Positions 1-6,054 of a stretch of DNA of 21,045 nucleotides are shown here, one piece after another. The translations under genes and the position numbers were made by a program. The DNA is taken from positions 1 to 21,045 of the forward strand of contig NZ_SODD01000042.1 of the NCBI RefSeq assembly GCF_004365815.1, read 5' to 3'. This DNA comes from Breznakia blatticola. GTDB taxonomy: Bacteria > Bacillota_I > Bacilli_A > Erysipelotrichales > Erysipelotrichaceae. Position 1 is the first letter of the stretch, and the number at the start of each line of letters is the position of its first letter. Under the pieces are notes generated by a model that made no database searches, was not told the DNA's origin, and saw only the letters and a list, made by a program, of their open reading frames with translations.

Positions 1-263
1 CTTCAAGTTATAATTCCGAAAATTCATCAATTGCAATTCCGATTTTTTATCACTTGGTTTTCCGTTTTTTCTTCAAGTTAATTTTACAATTTACACTAAT
101 TACTCTTTATATTGTAGGATGGGCAATTTCTCTGCTTGATTTCAATTGCTATTTTTTATCTTTTTTAGTAATTGTGTTGGTCTTAACGAACTTTGCAAGC
201 AGAATAAAAGCAAAGAGATTTGTATGGAATGTTATCGCATATGATTTGAGTGTGAGAAATTAA
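1..263 (+). CDS. 3' end of a membrane-protein ORF that stays open to the left window edge (the listed 69-aa TTG ORF 54..263 is its tail)
   Basis: The frame of 54..263 has no stop codon back to nt 3. The translated tail is very hydrophobic, with TM-like segments FFFKLILQFTLITLYIVGWAISLL and YFLSFLVIVLVLTNF. There is no SD before the TTG at 54. No family recognised. Confidence 0.3.
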   Translation, partial: SSYNSENSSIAIPIFYHLVFRFFFKLILQFTLITLYIVGWAISLLDFNCYFLSFLVIVLVLTNFASRIKAKRFVWNVIAYDLSVRN

Positions 264-282
264 AAATCTAAATAAAAAGATA

Positions 283-861
283 TTAATTAAGCTGGCTTCT
301 TGTAGCCATACTTATATCAATACCTTTTTTATTTGCGATTATAACTTCTAAAGATAATCCATTTCTCACACCTTCAGATACAATCTCATTGAGTTTTAGC
401 AAACTGACTTGATCATACTTTAATCCTATTTTAGAAATAGATATAGTTTCTTTATAATCTTGGTGAGCTAAGTGATGATTATAGAAAAATTTCGGAGATT
501 TACATTCTTTTCTATCTGAACAGGCATTACACACATAAGGAAAACGTGTGGTTCTTTTGCATGTAGGTGTTTCACAAAAAATAGTGCAGAAGTCACTGCA
601 TTTATGGTATGAGCAAAATCTACAAAATCCATTTTGACAATCAGTGCATAAATGTATGGTCTTACAACGGAGTTGGTTACCATAGGGATTTTTAGCATTC
701 TTTCTTACATCCAAGATTATATGTTTATAGATTTCGTTTTTAATGCCTCGAGGATCTTTAGCAATCGAATTAGCGATATCGATTAGCTTTGCATCTTCGT
801 TAAGTAGTGTTTCGATAGACAAACGTTCTTTGTCTGATAAGTGTTTGTATTTATTAGTCAT
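283..861 (-). pseudogene. Truncated IS30-family transposase: N-terminal HTH plus Cys-rich region only, DDE catalytic domain absent
   Basis: The N-terminus (KHLSDKERLSIETLLNEDAKLIDIANSIAKDPRGIKNEIYKH) is the IS30-type HTH. A Cys-rich block follows (CTDCQNGFCRFCSYHKCSDFC...PYVCNACSDRKEC). The segment FFYNHHLAHQDYKE...LLKLNEIVSEGVRNGLSLEVI is typical of the clostridial Cys-rich IS30 subgroup, whose full-length members are, as far as I recall, more than twice this length. The ORF stops at aa 192, before any DDE motif. SD AAGGAAG lies ~10 nt upstream of the ATG. Confidence 0.7.
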
Positions 862-964
862 GGTATAGGCTTCCTTTCAAAGAAATAAAGGAAGAATAAA
901 CCTAGAGTATTATACTTGATTAATAGTATGAAATGATAGAAATAATATATAACTACATAAAAAA

Positions 965-1036
965 CGGACCTTTGAATTAAAATAAGACAAAAGCGGACTT
1001 TTCAAAAATAATTGAGGAATTCGTGCAACTTTTGAA
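965..1036. repeat. Three direct copies of a CGGAC/TGCAAC-(T)TTTGAA/TTTTCAA motif spaced ~29-31 bp apart
   Basis: aCGGACCTTTGAAtt (965-976), gCGGACTTTTCAAaa (994-1005) and gTGCAACTTTTGAAta (1024-1036). The spacing is about three helical turns, upstream of the truncated IS30 tnp. Confidence 0.35.
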
Positions 1037-1052
1037 TATTTAATTAAAGTGT

Positions 1053-1081
1053 TTGACATTCTGTTTTACATAAAGTAAAAT
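1053..1081 (+). promoter_or_regulatory. Near-consensus sigma-A promoter with no protein gene downstream
   Basis: TTGACA (1053-1058), exactly 17 nt of spacer, then TAAAAT (1076-1081). Predicted TSS is near A1088. Confidence 0.5.
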
Positions 1082-1087
1082 TCATGC

Positions 1088-1146
1088 AAGTAGAAAAACA
1101 ATTACGTTTTGCGGAGGGATATCATTAGATATCGCTCTATTTTTTT
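1088..1146 (+). ncRNA. Candidate ~60-nt small RNA, or orphan leader, bounded by the 1053 promoter and the 1113 terminator
   Basis: The promoter and an intrinsic terminator are ~30 nt apart. No ORF of 60 aa or more lies between 862 and 1691. No known RNA family recognised. Confidence 0.25.
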
Positions 1147-1150
1147 ATTT
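1113..1150 (+). terminator. Rho-independent terminator, plus-strand only
   Basis: Stem GGAG-G-GATATC / GATATC-G-CTCT: 6 bp, one G.G mismatch, then 3 Watson-Crick pairs and one G.U. The loop is ATTA. It is followed by ATTTTTTTATTT. The reverse strand has no T-tract. Confidence 0.6.
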
Positions 1151-1660
1151 AAAAACTAGATATCATTTTTTTCTTAATATTTCTTTTTGTTCTAGTAACA
1201 TTAAGTTATCAAATAAAATAACATATTGATTTATTGACCAAACGTCATATGATGTATTTGTATGATGGTTTGGATAATCAAGTATGAGTTTGTGGTAATA
1301 GAATGTTACTTAATTAAATTAAAAAAAAGATGTGTTGAAGTGAAAAACATTAAATTGTAGTTTTAAAGACTGTGATTTCGAAGTAAATGTCAGTGTACAT
1401 TGCAATAGACAATCCGTTAGGCTGACACAATTTTAAATGAGCATCTTATTTAAAACAAATATAAACAAATTGGACTACATATTGAAAATATAATTTCTAG
1501 TGAGCTGTTGGATTAAAAAGGAACTGCAAAATTATTTTAGTTAGTTTGACAGAAGGTAATAGGAAGATATCTGGAAGAAATTGCAAATGAAACTTCATAA
1601 GTCGCAAAAAATGCGACAGTTCAAAAAGAGATGGATATTTATATAGGGAGTTAGAGATAA

Positions 1661-1669
1661 TGTTATAAT
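1661..1669 (+). promoter_or_regulatory. Extended -10 promoter (TGtTATAAT) for the DUF3788 gene
   Basis: TGTTATAAT at 1661-1669, 37 nt upstream of the ATG at 1707. The -35 is poor. Confidence 0.4.
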
Positions 1670-1706
1670 AGATTTAGTTAGGCGTTGAGTCATGAAGGGA
1701 GATTGT

Positions 1707-2171
1707 ATGGAAAAAGTAATCCAACAATTATTGCGTGATCCGAATATAAAACCAACTGATGAATTAATTGCTGATGGTTTAGGAGAAGCAAACAATGCAT
1801 ATAAAAAGTTTATTGACGATTTAAAAGAGCAAAGCGTATTTCTTATGGATTGGCGATTTTATAATGATGGTAAAGCTTGGCTTTCTAAAGGTGAGTACAA
1901 ATGGATAACAAAACGAGGAACAAATAAAGTGAAACCTATCTTTTGGCTATCTATATGGGAAGGGTTATTTAAAGTGTCATTTTTCTTTGCTGAAAAAACT
2001 AGAGATGATTTAATGCGATTGCCTCTTAGTGAAGATACAAAATCACTGATCAAAAACACAAAACCACATGGAAAATCAATGCAGTATTTATCTGTTGTTT
2101 TTGAAGTTGGGAATGACACTGTTCTTAATGATATTTATACATTAGTAAAGTTTAGAAAAGAGAAAATATAA
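1707..2171 (+). CDS. DUF3788 family protein, function unknown
   Basis: Length and sequence pattern match DUF3788-type proteins as I remember them (MEKVIQQLLRDPNIKPTDELIADGLGEANNAYKKFIDDL...DWRFYNDGKAWLSKG...VSFFFAEK). I moved the start to the second ATG (1707) because SD GAAGGGAG sits 5-6 nt upstream of it. The listed ORF starts at 1692. Confidence 0.7.
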   Translation: MEKVIQQLLRDPNIKPTDELIADGLGEANNAYKKFIDDLKEQSVFLMDWRFYNDGKAWLSKGEYKWITKRGTNKVKPIFWLSIWEGLFKVSFFFAEKTRDDLMRLPLSEDTKSLIKNTKPHGKSMQYLSVVFEVGNDTVLNDIYTLVKFRKEKI

Positions 2172-2411
2172 TTATACAAACAAGTATGTAGTGGTGTTAA
2201 TAAAGAAATGTTTACATGAGTCCAAAAAAAGATGGGCCTGCTGAAGAAGTACTTATTAGACAAAACTTGATTGCTCAATAAATACAGAAACAATGGATAT
2301 ATAATCATCATCAGATGTAATTTGAAATGAATCACGTGCATTTTCTAGCATATTTATCATAGATTAAGCACGTTGAACTTAATTACTTAAATATCACCTA
2401 ATTTAATATGA

Positions 2412-2440
2412 AAATTAAGTAAAATTAACTTAAATTAAGT
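2412..2440. repeat. Three helically phased 10-bp repeats abutting the -35 of the antiterminator promoter
   Basis: AAATTAAGT (2412-2420), AAATTAACT (2422-2430) and AAATTAAGT (2432-2440), with exact 10-bp periodicity. An inverted near-copy ACTTAATTA lies at 2377-2385. Confidence 0.6.
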
Positions 2441-2468
2441 TGACAACGCTTTCATAATTCATTATTAT
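2440..2468 (+). promoter_or_regulatory. Sigma-A promoter of the antiterminator-PTS unit
   Basis: TTGACA (2440-2445), 17 nt of spacer, then TATTAT (2463-2468). SD TAGGAG lies 8 nt before the ATG at 2516. Confidence 0.6.
2441..2454. promoter_or_regulatory. cre-like (CcpA) box overlapping the -35
   Basis: tTGACAACGCTTTCAt matches the cre consensus WTGNAANCGNWNNCW with one mismatch (C for A at position 5). It has the central CG and TG...CA ends. Confidence 0.4.
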
Positions 2469-2515
2469 AAGGGTGTGGTCATGAAAAGAATGGAAAAGGT
2501 GTAGGAGTAGAAAGC

Positions 2516-3343
2516 ATGAAAGTGATTCGAAATATCAATAACAATGTCGCTGTCTGCGTTGATGACAACAATCATGAAGTTATTGCGTTTGGAAAAGGAA
2601 TCGGCTTTCAAAAAGCTCCATATGAGGTTTCATTAGATAAGATTGATCAAACATACTACAACTTAGATTCACACTATATCGCTTTACTTGATGAATTGCC
2701 TGCTGAGATTATGGAAGTTACGACGGAAATTGTTAAGAAAGGTAGAGCATATCTACAAGTTGATTTTAATAAGAGTTTCTTCTTCACGTTGTGTGATCAT
2801 ATACATTTTGCAGTTGAAAATGCTAAAAAGGGGCTTGTGATAAGTAACCCTATGGTAAATGAGATTCAACATTTATATGATAATGAAATCTTACTAGGAA
2901 GATGGGCAATTAAACACATTGAAAAAACAATGTCCGTAAAATTGCCAGAAAGTGAAGCGGGTGGAATTGCATTACATTTTATTAATGCGATGCAATCAAA
3001 GAAAACCACAACAGAAAAAGATGAAATTGAATATTTTGTTGAAGATGTTACAAATATCATCGAAAGTGAAATGAATCTGATTGTAGATCGAAGCGACTTT
3101 AGTTATTCGCGCTTTGTGACACACTTAAAATACTTGTTAAAACGTTCAAAGAACTTAGATAAGGCAAGTTCTGCAAATGTTGCAATGTATGAACAAGTGT
3201 TTCAACAGTATCCTGAATTAGCGGGAACTGTTGGGAAAATTAAAAACTATATTATGAATGAACTACATATAGAACCAAGTAAAGAGGAACTTCTATATTT
3301 GATCATGCATATCAATCGACTTTGTGCAAAAGAAGGATTGTAA
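2516..3343 (+). CDS. BglG/LicT/SacY-family transcription antiterminator (CAT RNA-binding domain plus PRD1 and PRD2)
   Basis: The N-terminal CAT motif is MKVIRNINNNVAVCVDDNNHEVIAFGKGIGF. Four conserved PRD histidine contexts are present: LCDHIHFAVENAK, GGIALHFINA, RFVTHLKYLL and LYLIMHINRL. The 275-aa length is typical. Confidence 0.9.
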   Translation: MKVIRNINNNVAVCVDDNNHEVIAFGKGIGFQKAPYEVSLDKIDQTYYNLDSHYIALLDELPAEIMEVTTEIVKKGRAYLQVDFNKSFFFTLCDHIHFAVENAKKGLVISNPMVNEIQHLYDNEILLGRWAIKHIEKTMSVKLPESEAGGIALHFINAMQSKKTTTEKDEIEYFVEDVTNIIESEMNLIVDRSDFSYSRFVTHLKYLLKRSKNLDKASSANVAMYEQVFQQYPELAGTVGKIKNYIMNELHIEPSKEELLYLIMHINRLCAKEGL

Positions 3344-3362
3344 CCTTAAGAGGGCTTTACCT
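3335..3362 (+). promoter_or_regulatory. RAT-like (ribonucleic antiterminator) element overlapping the antiterminator stop codon
   Basis: GGATTGTAACCTTAAGAGGGCTTTACCT compared with B. subtilis RATs (GGATTGTTACTG....CAGGCAAAACCT). The 5' part GGATTGTnAC is conserved. The 3' part is GGC-TTT-ACCT where RATs have GGC-AAA-ACCT. The 3' end runs into the left arm of the terminator at 3360. Confidence 0.5.
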
Positions 3363-3419
3363 GATGTACATAGACAGAACTGTTTTTGTTTTGTCTTTGT
3401 GTATCAGGTTTTTATTTTA
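3360..3419 (+). terminator. Long conditional intrinsic terminator between the antiterminator gene and the PTS gene
   Basis: ~21-bp stem, CCTGATGTACATAGACAGAAC (3360-3380) pairing with 3388-3408. It has 1 mismatch and 3 G.U pairs. The loop is 7 nt and it is followed by TTTTTATTTT. Confidence 0.8.
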
Positions 3420-3501
3420 GCTTATACAGAATGATATGCGCGCAACTCCATTCTGTTAGCATATAGAAAAAAGAGAGTATATAAGAGAGAGGAAAAATAT
3501 T

Positions 3502-4914
3502 ATGGCAAAATATACAGAACTTTGTAATCAAATTCTAGAAAATGTCGGTGGAAAAGATAACGTATCAGGTGCAGTACACTGTATGACTAGATTGCGATTA
3601 AATGTAAAAGATCGTTCAAAAGTGAATGTAGAAGAAGTTAGAAAAATTAAAGGAACTGTAGGGGCTCAGTTTTCAGGAGATCAGTTCCAAATTATTATTG
3701 GGCAACATGTCTCTGATGTGTATCCAGAATTTTGTAAGTTAGCAGGAATCAGTGCAGCAGATGCAATTGATGAAAATTTAGATTCAGAACCATTTAGTTT
3801 AAAAGCAGTTCCATCTAAAGTATTAGATTATGTATCAGGATCTGTAGCACAAATCATTCCAATTATGATGGGTGCTGGATTCTTCAAAATGTTCTATGCA
3901 ATCTTAGGACCAGATTTAATGAATGTAATGCCTAATGAATCACAATTCATGCAAATGCTTTATTTAGTAGGAAACGCAGGTTTTTACTTTATGCCAATAT
4001 TTGCTGCATGGGGTGCTGCGAAAAAGTTAAATACAAGTATTCCAATTGCGTTGCTTTTAGGAGCATTGCTTGTTGACCCTAACTTTATAAATATTGTAGC
4101 AGCTGGTGAACCATTTAATGTATATGGATTTATTCCAATGCAATTAAATAACTACACACAATCATTAATTCCAATTTTATTATCTGTTTGGGCGTTGAAA
4201 TACGTTTGGAGATTCTTAAACAAAATTATGCCTAGTGCGATTAAGGTTATTGGAGTTCCATTTGTTGCGGTTGTGATTATGGTACCACTTATGTACTGTG
4301 GACTAGCACCTATTGGAAACTGGATTGGTGAAGGAATCGCTATTATTGTAAATACTCTATACGATGTTGCTGGACCATTTGCGATTGCATTTATTGGAGC
4401 ATTCTGGATGTTCATGGTGGCAACAGGTATGCATATTGCAGCAATTCAAATTGCATTTATTAATATTGCTACCTTAGGATATGATCCAATCGTACTTGCG
4501 GGGTCAAATATTGCAAACTATGCATTAATGGGAATGATTGTTGCATACTTTATTCGTACAAAAAATGAAGAAAAACAAATGGCTGCAGCAAATATGATTA
4601 CTCTACTTGTTGGTGGAATTTCAGAGCCAACCCTATTTGGAGTACTACTTCGTAATAAACGTGCAATGATTGTACAAGTTATTGGTGGATTTGTTGGTGG
4701 CCTTGTTGGTGGCCTACTAGGTGTTGCAGTTTATACACTTGGAGCAGCCAACGTACTAACTGTTCTTCAATATGCAGGAGGACCTGGATCAAACTTTGTG
4801 AATGCGTGTATTGCATGTGGTGTCGCATTTGTGGTTGCTTTAGTTGTTGGAGTTGTTATTGGCTTCAATGATGATAGCAATGGAGAAGGATTCAAACTGT
4901 TCAAAAAGAAGTAA
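3502..4914 (+). CDS. PTS transporter subunit EIIBC, glucose/beta-glucoside/sucrose (Glc) superfamily; no EIIA domain
   Basis: The N-terminal EIIB has the phospho-Cys motif VHCMTRLRL. A polytopic EIIC follows. At 470 aa there is no room for a fused EIIA. SD GAGAGGA lies 9 nt upstream. Confidence 0.9.
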   Translation: MAKYTELCNQILENVGGKDNVSGAVHCMTRLRLNVKDRSKVNVEEVRKIKGTVGAQFSGDQFQIIIGQHVSDVYPEFCKLAGISAADAIDENLDSEPFSLKAVPSKVLDYVSGSVAQIIPIMMGAGFFKMFYAILGPDLMNVMPNESQFMQMLYLVGNAGFYFMPIFAAWGAAKKLNTSIPIALLLGALLVDPNFINIVAAGEPFNVYGFIPMQLNNYTQSLIPILLSVWALKYVWRFLNKIMPSAIKVIGVPFVAVVIMVPLMYCGLAPIGNWIGEGIAIIVNTLYDVAGPFAIAFIGAFWMFMVATGMHIAAIQIAFINIATLGYDPIVLAGSNIANYALMGMIVAYFIRTKNEEKQMAAANMITLLVGGISEPTLFGVLLRNKRAMIVQVIGGFVGGLVGGLLGVAVYTLGAANVLTVLQYAGGPGSNFVNACIACGVAFVVALVVGVVIGFNDDSNGEGFKLFKKK

Positions 4915-4936
4915 TGTAATTACCTATGGATAGAAA

Positions 4937-4970
4937 AAAGGTTCAAGATGTTACTTGAACCTTTATTTAT
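4937..4970. terminator. Bidirectional terminator shared by the convergent PTS and LacI-family genes
   Basis: Perfect 11-bp stem AAAGGTTCAAG / CTTGAACCTTT with loop ATGTTA. A T-rich run follows on the plus strand (TTTATTTAT) and a T6 run on the minus strand (TTTTTTCTAT). Confidence 0.7.
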
Positions 4971-5965
4971 ATCGAATTGCGAAGTATAAGTTCCGTATTG
5001 ATTTCAATTTTTACATGCATGTTGTCATGGTCACGAATAGAACTCAATAGACGTTTCGCAGCAACAACACCCATGTATGATTTTGGAACATGAATTGTGG
5101 TAAGCGGTGGATCTACATACGTTGCATAAGGAATGTTATCAAAACCGATGATAGATACATCTTCTGGTACTCGATATCCTTTTTCCTTTAAAGCACGCAT
5201 TGCACCAATCGCAATTTCATCATTATCTGCAAAATAGCATGTGGCAATGGGTTCGTTATGATTCAAAATTTCTAACATGTCTGCATACGCTCCATCAAGA
5301 GATGGAGATAGATGATGAATAATCGATTTTGATGTTGGCATAGAATTCTTGCGAACGGCATTAAAGAAGCCGAGAGTACGCTCACTAAAGTTGACGATAT
5401 TCTGTGTGGAATGTAAATATCCAGGTTGTTCATGTCGCTTCTTAATTAAGTAGTCAGTTGCGGTTTCCGCACTATCCACGTTATTGATGGTTACACAATC
5501 TGCATTCACATTTGGAAAGTAAGAATCAAGTAACACTAAAGGAATATCAAGTTTCTGAAATGGTTCAAAGTCATCACGTGACATGGTTGTTCCTAACAGA
5601 AGGATACCTTCAAAATTGTAGGATTGAATGGATTTGATTTTTTCATGAATATCATCGAGATCGTGTATATGAAGAGCAAAAAGCTGATACCCATTTTCCT
5701 TGATGACTTGTTCGACACTTGTTGCAAGTTCAGTAAAAAAGGGTGTATCAAATACAAAGTTCTTATGAAAGAAAATAAATGCGATTGTGTTAGAGCGAAA
5801 GTTCTTTTGATTGATTCGCGTAAAATCATATCCCATTTCTGTAGCTACATCGATAATTTGATGTCGCATCTCTACACTAACGCCGGGTTTATTATTAAGT
5901 GCCATTGAGACAGCAGCTGCAGATATCCCCATCTTCTCGGCAATTTGTTTCGCTGTTACTTTCAT
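4967..5965 (-). CDS. LacI-family transcriptional regulator
   Basis: The N-terminal HTH_LacI motif is MKVTAKQIAEKMGISAAAVSMALNNKPGVSVEMRHQIIDVATEMGY. The C-terminus is a periplasmic-binding-protein-like sugar-binding fold (SIIGFDNIPYATYVDPPLTTI). SD GGAGG lies 6 nt upstream. Confidence 0.9.
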   Translation of the reverse strand: MKVTAKQIAEKMGISAAAVSMALNNKPGVSVEMRHQIIDVATEMGYDFTRINQKNFRSNTIAFIFFHKNFVFDTPFFTELATSVEQVIKENGYQLFALHIHDLDDIHEKIKSIQSYNFEGILLLGTTMSRDDFEPFQKLDIPLVLLDSYFPNVNADCVTINNVDSAETATDYLIKKRHEQPGYLHSTQNIVNFSERTLGFFNAVRKNSMPTSKSIIHHLSPSLDGAYADMLEILNHNEPIATCYFADNDEIAIGAMRALKEKGYRVPEDVSIIGFDNIPYATYVDPPLTTIHVPKSYMGVVAAKRLLSSIRDHDNMHVKIEINTELILRNSI

Positions 5966-5989
5966 TTGAATCCTCCTAGTTGTAATTCA

Positions 5990-6018
5990 ATTATAAAGTA
6001 AATTAAGCAAAATGTAAG
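5990..6018 (-). promoter_or_regulatory. Probable promoter of the LacI-family gene
   Basis: On the minus strand: CTTACA (6018-6013), 17 nt of spacer, then TATAAT (5995-5990). It is overlapped by the imperfect palindrome TTGTAATT-C-AATTATAA (5980-5996). Confidence 0.4.
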
Positions 6019-6054
6019 AGTATAAGTGAAAATTAAGTAAAAAGGAGTTAATAC

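Larger units (their letters stand above)
283..1040 (-). mobile_element. IS30-like element remnant: transposase 5' part plus upstream end region. The right boundary is approximate and the left part is deleted.
   Basis: Truncated tnp (283..861) plus a 5' region carrying three similar direct repeats (see 965..1036), possibly terminal transposase-binding repeats. No matching inverted repeat could be placed confidently on the other side. Confidence 0.4.

Noticed and set aside
11-70. TTCCG(A/T) motifs spaced exactly 23 nt apart at 15, 38 and 61. In addition, the 10-mer TCCGTTTTTT (61-70) is the reverse complement of AAAAAACGGA at 959-968, which suggested the missing inverted-repeat end of the IS30 remnant.
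   Set aside because: The left copies lie inside an ORF that is open to the window edge. The shared 10-mer is mostly a T-run. The spacings differ between the two sides (23 versus ~30 nt). This is not enough to call an IS terminus.
468-698. Many 60-140-aa ORFs in the supplied track lie antisense to, or out of frame within, the large genes. Examples: 468..698, 1859..2119, 2866..3060, 4152..4415, 5593..5829, 5624..5908, 6162..6374, 7043..7255, 7389..7640, 9501..9863, 10133..10435, 11055..11486, 12264..12786, 18186..18694, 20619..20917.
   Set aside because: All are fully embedded in ORFs with clear family signatures, have low-complexity or odd composition, and lack SD sequences. They are shadow ORFs expected in AT-rich DNA.
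2135-2341. A 68-aa hydrophobic ORF on the minus strand, between DUF3788 and the antiterminator promoter.
   Set aside because: It overlaps the 3' end of the DUF3788 gene, has no SD, and is a Leu/Phe/Ile-rich translation typical of an AT-rich non-coding strand.
2412-2440. Short tandem repeats were considered as a possible CRISPR or minisatellite.
   Set aside because: There are only three 10-bp units with no spacers, and they sit in a promoter. No CRISPR-like repeat-spacer architecture or cas genes occur anywhere in the window.
2481-2504. A 7-codon uORF (MKRMEKV) in the antiterminator leader. Its TAG stop overlaps the licT-type SD.
   Set aside because: It is very short, has only a weak SD-like AAGGGTG, and no supporting structure. 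Such mini-ORFs arise easily by chance. It could only be upgraded by conservation or ribosome profiling.
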